A stretch of 63,911 bases of DNA, counting the filler, from Octopus bimaculoides (Eukaryota): NCBI RefSeq assembly GCF_001194135.2. It is 7 parts of 5 records of this genome, joined end to end, with 100 filler letters (N's around TTAATTAATTAA, not from the genome) between each part and the next. Parts side by side here need not be neighbours in the genome. Positions count along the whole stretch, not along the records: positions 1 to 14,513 come from NC_068986.1; positions 14,614 to 39,939 come from NC_068982.1; 5 more parts are not named here. One strand, written 5' to 3'. A program made the position numbers and the translations under genes. A model generated the notes under the pieces. That model was not told the DNA's origin. It saw only the letters and a list, made by a program, of their open reading frames with translations, and searched no databases. This document shows, in pieces, positions 12,473 through 24,098 of this stretch (the stretch's first letter is position 1; the number at the start of each line of letters is the position of its first letter).

Positions 12473-13109
12473 CACACACATAAGAATGGTTTGTTGTTGT
12501 AGTTTTTGTCAAAAGAGAAAATCTCTTCATAGGCAAACTGAGTTAAAAACACAATGTACAGTAAAGCAAAATTAACATCATTGCAGCAGTGGCTCATTGG
12601 ACAGTTTTCCCCTTCTTGGAGCTCATCAATAACAGGTACCAATTTGTCAGATGCTTGAACAAAATTTGGGTCTTGATATATGAGAAATAGTAAATAATAC
12701 ATTCACTGATATTGTGGAATGCTTGCTGGGCTGTAAAGAACACAGCAAATGCAAATGAAATAGCATTAGATTAAAATAGATCACAGTGTATCATATTAAA
12801 TGTATGTACAGCTTAGAAAGACATACAGCTGTAGCTTTTGTCTGAGACCTCATCACCACCATCCTTATCTTCTTTCCAGATACTTTCTCCCATCCTTATA
12901 TAATGCAAAGTAGTCATCTATCTCCTCTATAGGAAGACACCTGTGCTTGTCTCTCTATCATACTTTAGCCATTCCACACCTGGCATAAAGCCACCTTTTC
13001 TTTCTCTCTCTCTCTCTCTCTCAAATACACTCCCACTCAATCAAGGGAGCTTTTTCTTTTCTTGTCTTGCAAGTTACATAGCAATCTCACTAGTGCCAGT
13101 GTCACAGAA

Positions 13110-13290
13110 AAAGCACCCAGTACACACTGTGAAGTAGCTGGTGTTCAGAAGGGTATCCAGACGTAGAAACCATGCCAAAGCTGTAACTGGAGTTCAACAC
13201 AGTCCTGCAACTCACTGGATCCTATCAAACTATCTTATCTATGTCGGCATGGAAAAACACACTAAATGATGATGATGATGATGACGACAA
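13110..13290 (+). mobile_element. RTE-tail-like repeat ending in (GAT)n
   Basis: AAGGG.ATCCAG..GTAGAAACCATGCC..GCATGGAAAA..TAAATGATGATG shared with 29040-29195 and 37140-37330. Confidence 0.65.
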
Positions 13291-14204
13291 GGACTACAAC
13301 ATGTACATGCATGCACACACACATACACACACACATTTTCATATACATTATATATTAAACAATTTGTAGAATAATGGTGTTTAATCTAATATGCCATTGA
13401 GGTTTCTTAGACTGAAACTCCAATTTGAAGATATTAATCAAAGGAAAGAAACATAGTTTCCTTTACTGGCTGATGATTTGGACACAACACTTAACTATCA
13501 AAATAAGGTATTAGTTTTACAGTATGACCACTTATTATAGCATTGAGATAACATTATTCAATGTTGCCTACTTATAGCTAGGTGAATTCAGTGAGATGAG
13601 ACTTAAATATGTTAGTCAAGGACACAATATGTTTGTAATCATATGATATGAGCTGTCAACTACTTGGCTTATCGTCTATAATATCAATACTCCTTATTGT
13701 CAACTACCAATCTTATTGTCTGTAATATCAATACTCTAAAAATGTACAGGAGTTATATGATAATTACAACAGTAACAAGCACACAAGGTAATTTTTTTCC
13801 AATACATAAATATAAATGTCTATAAGGATTAAATTAAAATCTAGTGAAGAATTGTAATTCAGTTATAAATATATTTTAAAAACATTTCATTTTGAAATAT
13901 AAACAAAATTAAAGAAAGCAAATTCTATAAAAAGAATTGAAAATAACACAGAAAGAGGAAGTCACTTAAATAGATTTCTTTTCAACAAAAGTCTGGGTAA
14001 TTTATGTTTATTGATATTTAAGTTTTAGGTCATACATTACTGGTATTAAGTAGCTGCCATTTTTGTTCTGGTAGAAACAAATGAATAGTGAAAAGCTTGG
14101 AGAGTATTATACATACGTACATATATACATATATAATTCTTTTTTTTCATCATGTTGAACCATTAATCCCTACACATATTTTTTCATTCTCTCTTTTTTT
14201 TCCT

Positions 14205-14340
14205 CTTAATCTTTTCTGTCGAAGAGCATCGACTCGAAACATAAAAGACTTTTTTATTCTTCCCAAGCGTTAAACTAATACACCTACTTGTTGTTCCTAG
14301 CACCTGTCTCCGTTATCTTTTGTTTTCTGTAAATTTCAAC
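14205..14340 (+). mobile_element. Short PLE-like repeat (family F) with decayed hammerhead motif at 14211-14248
   Basis: CTTTT-CTGTCGA-A-GAG..CTC-GAAAC-ATA-AAAG; homologous to the copies near 42.7, 46.7 and 58.7 kb. Confidence 0.65.
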
Positions 14341-14513
14341 TATATCTACATATATATATATATATATATATTTATTTATTTATATAAGGGCATTACTATA
14401 CAATAATGCCTCATGCTATGAGGGACTCTAAGGTCAGACTACCATAAAAAACACATTTTTACCGAACATCATTTGCATTTTAAATCCATTTTTCTACACC
14501 ATCATGGATTAGA

Positions 14514-14613
14514 NNNNNNNNNNNNNNNNNNNNNNNNNNNNNNNNNNNNNNNNNNNNTTAATTAATTAANNNNNNNNNNNNNNNNNNNNNNNNNNNNNNN
14601 NNNNNNNNNNNNN
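14514..14613. other. Artificial 100-bp scaffolding spacer (also 39940-40039, 55158-55257, 58527-58626, 60870-60969, 62657-62756)
   Basis: Identical N44-TTAATTAATTAA-N44 six times; the 12-mer has stop codons in all six frames. Confidence 0.95.
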
Positions 14614-15079
14614 TATTATTATTATTATTATTAATCAGGTCGCTGCCGTGAATCGAACTCGGAATCTTGGGGTTAGTAGCCCGCGCTCTTAACCACTACG
14701 CCATATGCCCGTGGGCAATTATGGGGTGAATTTTAAGGCTTATAAATCTATTATTTTTCTATCCTTCCTCAATACCGGTTCCCATATGCTATTCATATCT
14801 GCACTCGGTCTGCTTAGGAGGTTGTTGTGTCCTAGCATATGTGCTGCTTCTTTTAGTTTTCGTATTTTCCAGTGTTGTTTCGTATTTTCCCTGTCTTTTA
14901 ATAGACAGGGAACAACACTGGAAAATACGAAAACTAAAAGAAGCAGCACATATGCTAGGACACAACAATCTCCTAAGCAGACCGAGTGCAGATATGAATA
15001 GCATATGGGAACCGGTATTGAGGAAGGATAGAAAAATAATAGATTTATAAGCCTTAAAATTCACCCCATAATTGCCCAC

Positions 15080-15154
15080 GGGCATATGGCGTAGTGGTTA
15101 AGAGCGCGGGCTACTAACCCCAAGATTCCGAGTTCGATTCACGGCAGCGACCTG
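15080..15154 (+). promoter_or_regulatory. tRNA-like Pol III internal promoter cassette (mirror copy at about 14636-14710, minus)
   Basis: A box TGGCGTAGTGG 15087-15097, B box GAGTTCGATTC 15130-15140; acceptor stem does not pair. Confidence 0.75.
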
Positions 15155-15217
15155 ATTAATAATAATAATAATAGTAACATCGATAGGAATGAGAACCCAG
15201 GTTCGAAATTTCCTCAA

Positions 15218-15263
15218 GACACCTGACGAAGGCTGGAGGGTATATCAGCCGAAACGTTGTGTT
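15218..15263 (+). ncRNA. Type I minimal hammerhead ribozyme motif, intact core
   Basis: GACAC/CTGACGA/A/GGCTG-10nt-CAGCC/GAAAC-GTT/GTGTT; palindromic stem III AACGTT. Confidence 0.85.
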
Positions 15264-15414
15264 AACAACAAACAAGATGAGGACGAATATCCCTCAAATG
15301 TAGATAATGTAAATAATGTAAATAATTCCTCATCTCTTAAATATAGAACTGAATAATAATAATAACATCAAAAAATACCTTAGGAATGAAAACCCAGGTT
15401 CGAAATTTCCCCAA

Positions 15415-15460
15415 GACACCTGATGAAGGTTGGAGGGTATATCAGCTGAAACGGTGTGTT
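15415..15460 (+). ncRNA. Second tandem hammerhead motif, probably inactivated
   Basis: GACAC/CTGATGA/A/GGTTG..CAGCT/GAAAC-GGT/GTGTT; U16.1 replaced by G. Confidence 0.7.
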
Positions 15461-17386
15461 AACAACAAACAAGATGAGGACAAATATCCATCAAATGTAA
15501 ATAATGTAGAATTAATTCCAAACAATGTGAATAAATAAGCAATACATTTGACAAAGATATATGAATGCTAAGGTTAACAGCACCACCTGGTACTTGGTTG
15601 ACTTTTTGCAGAGTCCACTCTATTGCTAATATTCATGCTAGATTTCCAGTTTGAGGGTGCATTCAACCTTCCCTCCCTGTGAAAATGTCATGTGTACTGC
15701 TTTCCCTTCTGACCAGAAGATACAATAAAAATAAAACATAAAGCCATTCTGTGCATGTGCTATGTAAATAAAATATTGCATATGTATCTTCATAGAGCCT
15801 ATGAGCCTCTAATGCTACTGTATGGCTGTGTGTGAAGAAGTTTGCTTCCCAGTCACATTGTCTCAAGTTCAGTCTCACTAGATGGCAACTTAGACAAGTG
15901 TCTTATACTATAGCCCAGCCTGACTAAAGCCCTGTAAGTGAATTTGGAAGATGGAAATTGAAAGAAGCTCATTGTATATTATCTTAAGTGAAAGTTGGTT
16001 GCAGGAAGGCTATCTGGCTGTAGAAAATCTATCTCTGATCCACAAGAACATGAAAATATGGATGTTCAGTTATGATGCTAATGAATATGACAATGAACAG
16101 CACAAACTTTATTATACAAAAACAAAGAATGATCATAGATGGAATTCCTTTAATGATAGATCTGTTCACTAAGGACTGACATGGTGGAGTGCTGATCAAC
16201 AACAACAATATGCACATTTCATTGCCGTATTCATCTAGGAATTAAGAAGAAGCTTATAAAATATGCCTATTGTTGGAAATCAAGCAAGATAAAAACAAAA
16301 AAGAATCACTTTGTCACTTACAAAGATATAAGCTAGCATGACTGGTAAAAAAAAACAAAAAAACATTTAAAAACCAAGCAATAATTAATGGTTCTCACAT
16401 TCATCTGCTTTCATCATTTGCATAAATTTAATTTTAGTTTTCCTTCCAATCACTTATTGAGAAAAACTGATTCAGCTTGCACCTGCGACATAGGCAGCAA
16501 CGCTTCATCTAATGAGAAAAAAGGAAACCTAGAGAAAAAAATAAATAACAGGCATTATTAATGATCTACAAACACCTACTGTTCTTATGAAATGCTTCTC
16601 AAACATAACAGTGTAAAAATTATTTTCCTTTTCTTTGTAAAATGTTCAGAGATGCTTAATTAAGTAACTGGAAGTAAAATTAAAATGCCAACACAATACC
16701 ATCTCAAAGATATGTTGATGAAGAAATTAATAGGGCAGATCCCAGGTGGATATGTTAACACTGTTCACTAAGCACAGATTACATTATAGGGGGGAGGGGT
16801 GCCACTTTGGATCTCGTTATTTTTTAGTTGACCCTCAGTGAATTTTCTCAGAATGACAGAAGTGTGAAATACACTCTTTCTGTAAAATTTGATCTTGATG
16901 TTTTTAAATTTAGGGCTATTAAATACCTTACCACATGCTGGCAGTTTCCCTCATTTTAGTATTTTTATAGATTCTTTTATTACCATATTATTTTAAACCT
17001 ATTTTATTAGCTCTTTTATTGTCATCTCATTTATTGTGATTTACTGCCCTCAATTTAAATTTTTTCATGTTTTATTGCAATCTATTATTTGCTTTCCTAA
17101 ATGTGCATGTCTATAGAGTATATATAGAGTTTTTCTCTCTTGGCTTATGTGCCCTATTTAGAATAATTTCAAATAAAGAGATGAATGATTAATTTACAAC
17201 ATTCTCTTCTACAACAAACATTAATAATCTCTGACCACAGACAATTCTGGTGAAAGAAAAAATGCTTTCTCCTTGATATTTACAATGTTTTCAGTTGTAT
17301 TTAGCATGCAAAATACCTGGCAAAACTGAGTCCTTCTTGACCATTCTGCATCAGAAGCTTCTTGTTATGTTCTGAAAAATTATATC

Positions 17387-17771
17387 TTGTTGGCACTCCG
17401 TCGCTTACAACGTCAAGGGTTCCAGTTGATCCGATCAAAAGAACAGCCTGCTCGTGAAATTAACGTGCAAGTGGCTGAGCACTCCACAGACACGTGTACC
17501 CTTAACGTAGTTCTCGGGGAGATTCAGCGTAACACAGTGTGACAAGGCTGACCCTTTGAATTACAGGCACAACAGAAACAAGAAGTAAGAGTTGAGAGAA
17601 AGTTGTGGGGAAAGAGTACAGCAGGGTTTACCACCATCCCCTGCCAGAGCCCCATGGAGCTTTAGGTGTTTTCGCTCAATAAACACTCACAACGCCTGGT
17701 CTGGGAATCGAAACCGCGATCCTATGACCGCGAGTCCACTGCCCTAACAACTGGGCCATTGCGCCTCCACT
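17387..17771 (-). mobile_element. SINE family B
   Basis: Reverse-complement match to 5605-6004. Confidence 0.9.
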
Positions 17772-17876
17772 GTCAAATTATATATATCATTGTCATATGT
17801 AGACTCTCAAGATGCAACAACTGAAGGTTTTATTCAGTCTTAAGAACAAGCTGACTTGAGTTAGTTACAAACATTT

Positions 17877-18042
17877 ATAGGCGCAAGAGTGGCTGTGTGG
17901 TAAGTAGCTTGCTTACCAACCACATGGTTCCAGGTTCAGTCCCACTGTGTGGTACCTTGAGTAAGTGTCTTCTACTATAGCCTTGGGCCAACCAAAGCCT
18001 TGTGAGTGGATTTGGTAGACAGAAACTGAAAGAAGCCCATCG

Positions 18043-18077
<35 letters not shown>

Positions 18078-18078
18078 A

Positions 18079-18117
<39 letters not shown>

Positions 18118-18346
18118 GTATATGTATATGTATACATTTGTGTGTTTGTGTTTGTCCCCACACCATTGCATGACAACCCCCATTGGTGTGTTTATATCTC
18201 CATAACATATCAGTTTGGCAAAAAGAGACTGATAGAGTAAGCACTAGGCTTACAAAGAATAAGTCCTGGGGTTGATTTGTTTGACTAAAGGCGGTGTTCT
18301 AGCATGGCTGCAGTCAAATGACTGAAACAAATAAAAGAGTAAAAGA

Positions 18347-18347
<1 letters not shown>
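17877..18347 (+). mobile_element. SINE family A, full length with internal (TA)n/(TG)n
   Basis: tRNA-like head, internal microsatellite, tail ...CAGTCAAATGACTGAAACAA.TAAAAGAG. Confidence 0.9.
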
Positions 18348-18395
<48 letters not shown>

Positions 18396-18429
18396 CATGT
18401 GTATGTGTGTGTGTTTATATTTCTTCTTG

Positions 18430-18571
18430 TTTCCACCAACCAAATCCACTCACAAGGCTTTGGTCAGCCTGAGGCTATAGTAGAAGACACTTTCCCAAGC
18501 TGCCACACAGTGGGACTGAACCTGGAACCATGTAGTTAGGAAGCAAGCTTCTTACCACACAGCCATGCCTG
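18430..18571 (-). mobile_element. SINE family A, 5' half
   Basis: Reverse match to the family A head. Confidence 0.85.
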
Positions 18572-18801
18572 TTCCAGTTTCTTTGATAAGATGAATCTAG
18601 AATCTAGAATGGCTCATCAGATTAAATCTTAAATATGAATAAACATCTCTGGCAAATTGAAAATATAAAGTGTTTGTCTTATCATAGAAAAGAATCAGAG
18701 CAACTGAGTTTGGAAATGTTAAGAAAGCTATGTTAGAAAGCAATCTTAACATCAGGTGTCCCGTACAAAATAATTCAGTATAAGTATTACTGTACTAAAA
18801 G

Positions 18802-19190
18802 TTGTTGTTGTTGGCACTCCGTCGCATACGATGTCGAGGGTTCCAGTTGATCTGATCAACGGAACAGCCTGCTCGTGAAATTTACGTGCAAGTAGCTGGA
18901 CACTCCACAGACACGTGTACACTTAACATAGTTCTCGGGGATATTTATCGTGACCCAGTGTGACAAGGCTGACCCTTTGAATTACAGGCACAACAGAAAC
19001 AGGAAATAAGAGTGAGAGAAAGTTGTGGTGAAAGAGTACAGCAGGGTTCGCCACCATCCCCTGCCAGAGCCTCATGGAGCTTTCGGTGTTTTCGCTCAAT
19101 AAACACTCACAACGCCCGGTCTGGGAATCGAAACCACGATCCTATGACCGTGAGTCCGCTGCCCTAACCACTGGGCCATTGCGCCTCCAC
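18802..19190 (-). mobile_element. SINE family B with TSD
   Basis: 13-bp TSD ACTGTACTAAAAG at 18789-18801 and 19189-19201. Confidence 0.9.
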
Positions 19191-19691
19191 TGTACTAAAA
19201 GAAGGCTACATTATTTAACGTAATTCCTTATAAGAGATTATTGCAAAAGTTTTGTACAAAGAAACATATATAATTTGCATTGATGTTAGCATTTACTGTG
19301 ATCTAAACTAAATCATATCTTGTGGCTTCATAAATGATTTGTCATCAATAACTTAAAGGGTGTTAGAAATACCAGTGTCTCAGTTATTTTAAAAAGTAAT
19401 CTAAGTTCAAATCTCGCTGAAGTTGAATTTGATTTCCCATCTCCAGGAATCAATAAAATAAGTACCTCGTTTATACTAGTATAAATTTATTGTACCTCAT
19501 TCAGTAGATTTATAGCCTGCACCATTGGGAAAAAATAATCATTTAAAGGAAGATATACATGTGTATTCTAGTGCGTCTAGAATATTCAAAACAAATGTTG
19601 ATGAAATCATTATTTTGCAAAAAGATTTGAAAAAGTTTGTGCTTACTTTTTAGTATTTGAATTTGAGAAAATAATCTAAATACTTTAATGA

Positions 19692-19854
19692 ACAGGCTGT
19701 GTGGTAAGTAGCTTGCTTACCAACCACATGGTTCTGGGTTCAGTCCCACTGCATGGCATCTTGGGCAAGTGTCTTCTACTATAGCCTCGGGCCGACCAAA
19801 GCCTTGTGAGTGGATTTGGTAGACAGAAACTGAAAGAAGCCCATCGTATATATG

Positions 19855-19885
<31 letters not shown>

Positions 19886-20100
19886 ATATGTTTGTGTGTC
19901 TGTGTTTGTCCCCCCAACATCACTTGACAACCGATGCTGGTGTGTTTATGTTCCTGTAAGCTAGTGGTTTGGCAAAAGAGACCGATAGAATAAGTACTAG
20001 GCTTCCAAAGAATAAGTCCTGGGGTTGATTTGCTTGACTAAAGGCGGTGCTCCAGCATGGCCACAGTCAAATGACTGAAACAAGTAAAAGAGTAAAGGAG
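19692..20100 (+). mobile_element. SINE family A
   Basis: Matches 17877-18347. Confidence 0.9.
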
Positions 20101-20215
20101 TAATCATATCACTGACATAACTGAAAAAAGAAAAAAAAATCATTGCAGTCTATGATACATTCTTAAACTAAATCTGTGTTGTAATGTGCAAAAGTGACTA
20201 AGTGAGTTAGTGATG

Positions 20216-20527
20216 TTAACCCTTTACCTCCCATAATTCTATTAACTGGAATTTTTTTTCTGAAACTTTGATTTCTAGCATAAAACAGCCTTAGAAACAC
20301 GCTGGAATAATCAAAATAACATTTCCAAATAACATTTCAAAATAACATTTTAAATAGAAATAAGCAAGATATTGGGTGAAAAATTAGCAAACCTCATTTG
20401 AATATCGGAAAAATATACCTAGTAGATATAGCAAAAAGGTTAGATATGTGTATATATTGACAGATAATTACGAAATTAGTAATTTTTAAGTGATCTCATA
20501 TGAGATCACTGGTAGGTAATGGGTTAA
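20216..20527. mobile_element. piggyBac-type MITE
   Basis: TTAA-CCCTTTACCT ... AGGTAATGGG-TTAA. Confidence 0.75.
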
Positions 20528-20556
20528 GGATGAATCTTTCTAAAATATCAAGGGAT

Positions 20557-20781
20557 CAGTGGTGTAGATAGAGTGCATGCTGTCTGGGGTGGCCCTTCAA
20601 TTTGCTGCCCCCAGGCACCCACAAAGAGTTCATATTGCTCAGTGACTATATTGATTGTTGCATTTAATGGTGAGTAGTATCCATGTCCCAACATTAAAAT
20701 CACTATTATTTGATTTCAATACAGCCTATGCAGCAAAAGTGTTGCCCGGGATGGACCACCCCCACTCTAGCTATGCTAGTG
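20557..20781. mobile_element. hAT-type MITE
   Basis: Perfect 8-bp TSD CAAGGGAT (20549-20556, 20782-20789); imperfect TIR CAGTGGTGTAG / CTATGCTAGTG. Confidence 0.85.
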
Positions 20782-20938
20782 CAAGGGATTGCTTAAGAGA
20801 AGGGTTGGTCTGTGCGTTACATCTTTATTTTGGGTTTTATAGAACTATTGTTGAAATTTTTTTAAACGTTGATCAACTTACCTTTTCTTAAACCAGACCA
20901 ATACATAATCACTCCAAACTCCTTAACATAACACTTAC

Positions 20939-21266
20939 CTAGCATCTAAATACAAATACAAAACAAAGCAACCTACATTATGTCTTTCTAAGGCACAATA
21001 CACCATATCTCTTGAATCTTCTGGCATTTCAAGGCATTTATTCATTTCAAGATCTGCAGGGTATTTGATTTTTATGAACCATTCAAGATAGCTAAGCATA
21101 AGACTGAAAGAATTCCTCTTGTTATATATCTCTCTTAATATCCTTCACTCAACCAATACCCATATCACTAGAATGTGAAGTTGTTCATTTAAAACTGCAG
21201 TAGAGCAATACAAGTGAAGATGACAGCTTATAAATTCCTGATGGCTTTTTCCCACCATCATAACAC
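20939..21266 (-). other. Candidate exon C, 328 nt, one in-frame TGA
   Basis: TTTTGCAG acceptor, AG|GTAAGT donor, phase-compatible with candidate exon B; 108 codons with a single TGA at 21147-21145. Confidence 0.3.
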
Positions 21267-21333
21267 CTGCAAAACAACCCCGTGAAAATCAAAGGATATT
21301 TCTATTCATCACAGTGGTTGAAAGCTGACTTAC

Positions 21334-21422
21334 CTTTCATAAGGTCATATAGTTTTCCATGCTCCTGCCAAGAGAATCTTCCTGCATATATTTCAGAATC
21401 ATCAGATCCACTCACTGCAAGT
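21334..21422 (-). CDS. Candidate coding exon B (LAVSGSDDSEIYAGRFSWQEHGKLYDLMK), product unknown
   Basis: AAG|GTAAGT donor; one open frame; non-repetitive composition; no homolog recognised. Confidence 0.35.
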
Positions 21423-22029
21423 CTAAGTCAGCCTATGACAAAGGTGAAGAATGCATCAATATTTTAATAATAATAATATTAAGCAATAACAAATTAAGCT
21501 GAAACATATCAGGAATATATCAAGTTATTAAGCTGACAAGAACAGGCACCACACTTTGATATTAGCAAAAAAAAAAGCAAAAGAAAACGGAGAAGTGACA
21601 TGAGATAGCTGTTTTATAGTCATTTTATCTACTAGAAACAGTTGCCAAATTCCCTTTGTTTACCCTAGAGTCTGAAAATATGAGGAGCATATTGGAGTAA
21701 TGTAGTCATAGAAATACTAAACAATGAAATGGTTATGTCTAGAATGACTTTAACCATAAGATATACTCAGTTAGGAAAATGCAAAGTGCGATTGGAGAGT
21801 CAGAGTACTGGCCTGGGTTTAAGAAAGGTCATGTGACAAATACGTTTTAAAGCACAATAAAACTCCAAGTGATGTTGTAGCACAATTCTCTACCTGTGCA
21901 CAGATCCAACTTTTGATTCTATTCTAAGATTTTTACTTACCAACATGCTTCTGCTAATAACTCAAAGGCATTGTTTATTTTTTTTTTCTTCTGCTGCCAT
22001 GTCTTGGTCCTCTGAATTAACATGAGGTA

Positions 22030-22576
22030 TAAGCAAGGTGGAATCAAAAAGTTCCTAGACTAGTTCTGTAGTGCATTAACAGATGACAGCACATGGTTGT
22101 GTGTGCAGTAAGAGCTAGTAGTAACCTTCGTGAGGCAGTGTGCTGAGTGATATCACTGAGTTTACTTTGCAAGTTGTGAAATTTGTGTTTTAGTGATTAC
22201 ACATATGCTGTGGTCTGCAATTTTTGTCATAGACAGGAAGTTGGAACAAAGAGCCAACGTGAAATTTTGTGTTAAACTTGGGAAGTCTGTTACGGAGGCA
22301 TTGACCACATTTCAGCAAGCTTATGGTGACAAGGCAATGGGTTGCAAGCAATGTTTAGAGTGGCACAAGCACTTCAATAGTGGAAGAACATCCCTGGAAG
22401 ATGATAAGTGATCTGGAAGACCTGTCACGTGTGTCACCCCAAGAAATGTGGAGAAAATTCATCAGCTTGTACTGGACAAGGTGACTATTTCGAAGGAGAT
22501 AATGTTAAAACTTAGGTAAATAAATAATTTTTTATTAAATATAACTAATCTGGGTACTTTTTGATATGACCTTGTA
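22030..22576 (+). mobile_element. Internally deleted mariner element
   Basis: Imperfect TIRs CAAGGT..ATCAAAAAGT.CC.AG; KLEQRANVKFCVKLGKS..EW.K.F.SGRTSLEDD..SGRP. Confidence 0.85.
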
Positions 22577-23429
22577 TTTCTTCATCCAGACCATTCATCA
22601 CTTTCATCACTCCTTCTGTCTTTTACTCCTTAGATCCCATCTTAAACTACCTTCTCAATCCTTTCCCCACAGGACTAGATCCATCTGGAAGCATTACAAC
22701 CTTGATCCTATAGACTAGAAGCTTCTGCAATGACCACAAGCACAACTTTTATTTTCTGAATAATTTGACAAAATAGCAAAAAAAACCCCCAAAAAAAAAC
22801 AATGAAATGACATGTATTACTTATTATCTGTAAAAGCTTTACTGTGGAATAATTCAAAGCAACTGCCTGCTCTTCAACTTGCAAAGAAACAATTGATAAG
22901 CCAGAAGATATGCATTCAAGAACTGGCAAGCTTTTGCAAATAGTATACTGTTTTTTTTTACTCCTTCCTTTTCCTAAAGATTTCATCCGGTGAACATTTT
23001 TGCTACAATTCTGAAAATAATCTTCTTATTCTAATGGATTCTTACTTGCCTCTGGCTCAATTCCAAACTATAGTTTATTCTCCCTTTTTCTGTTTGTTAT
23101 TTAATATTCTGACAATATTCTTCAATTTGATACTTTTTCTTTTTTAATTTTTATTCTCTTTGTCCCACAATTCATAATAATTTTTTTCTTTTAATATTCT
23201 AAAATTCTGAAATACTATCTTTCCTTCTTCATTTGCACATGATTGCATCTTCTTAATCCAGACTTGATAAGCTGGCATTTCCCTACCTTCCCAAGCAATC
23301 CTCAAGAAATGGCTCAACGTTCTTTCTTATTGTTCCTTCCTTTGTCTGTATTGAAGCAGTCCTCATAATTGTCAACACTGTTGGAATCATCATTTCCGCC
23401 ACAGCTGTCACTTCCATGACACCGTCACC

Positions 23430-23800
23430 ACCGCCACTGCCATCACCAATATCTCTGCCACCACTGTTGCTAGCACTGCTGCTGCTGCTGCCACTACCAT
23501 CACCAGTACCATCACCACTACCATTACCACCACAAATACCATCAGTACCAACAACACCACCACCACCACCACCGCCACCATCACCTTCACTATAACCACC
23601 ATTATCATCACCACCACCACCACCACCACCACCACAACCACAACCACCACAACCACCACCACCACTACAACTACTACTATCACCATCACTGCAATCACCG
23701 ATATCACAACCACTGCTGTTACAGCTACTGCTGCCACCACCACTACCACCACCACAAGTGCCGCCACCACTACCACTATCAACACTACCAACAGCAACAA
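23430..23800. repeat. Degenerate (CCA/CTA/TCA)n triplet tract
   Basis: Direct reading. Confidence 0.85.
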
Positions 23801-24098
23801 TGGCATATGACAGTAATCCAAATAATTCATATTTTCTGTGTCCATTGATCAGGTGAAAAAATGCTGGCAAGTGCTTGTTTCAACTATTTTTCTTTTTGCT
23901 TACCAACTAAGTTATTTCCTTAGAAAATAGCCTCATCATATAACGTTATTATTATTATGATTGTGAAATACACTGCTATGGAAAAATACCAAAATTTTCT
24001 TTAGAATACATTTTATATTTACCCTTGTTTCTTTTTCTGCTTCTGAAAATATCAATTCAGCATTATATAAATACATATAAATAAGTATTAATAAATAA

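Larger units (their letters stand above)
14614..15510 (+). mobile_element. 5'-truncated Penelope-like element end with inverted 5' copy and two tandem terminal units
   Basis: REQHWKIRKLKEAAHMLGHNNLLSRPSADMNSIWEPVLRKDRK resembles a PLE GIY-YIG C-terminus; inverted arm 14614-14896; tandem units carry hammerhead cores. Confidence 0.8.

Noticed and set aside
12388-12740. Possible minus-strand terminal exon
   Set aside because: An acceptor is plausible but frames close quickly and the listed ORF ends in TA repeats; not enough support
15080-15154. Functional tRNA gene
   Set aside because: Acceptor and anticodon stems do not pair; treated as a tRNA-derived promoter, like the SINE heads
16029-16545. 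Small minus-strand exon candidates
   Set aside because: Acceptors present but donors weak and no recognisable product
23283-23870. 195-aa Gly/Ser-rich ORF
   Set aside because: Mostly triplet-repeat translation; no polypyrimidine acceptor for the unique tail
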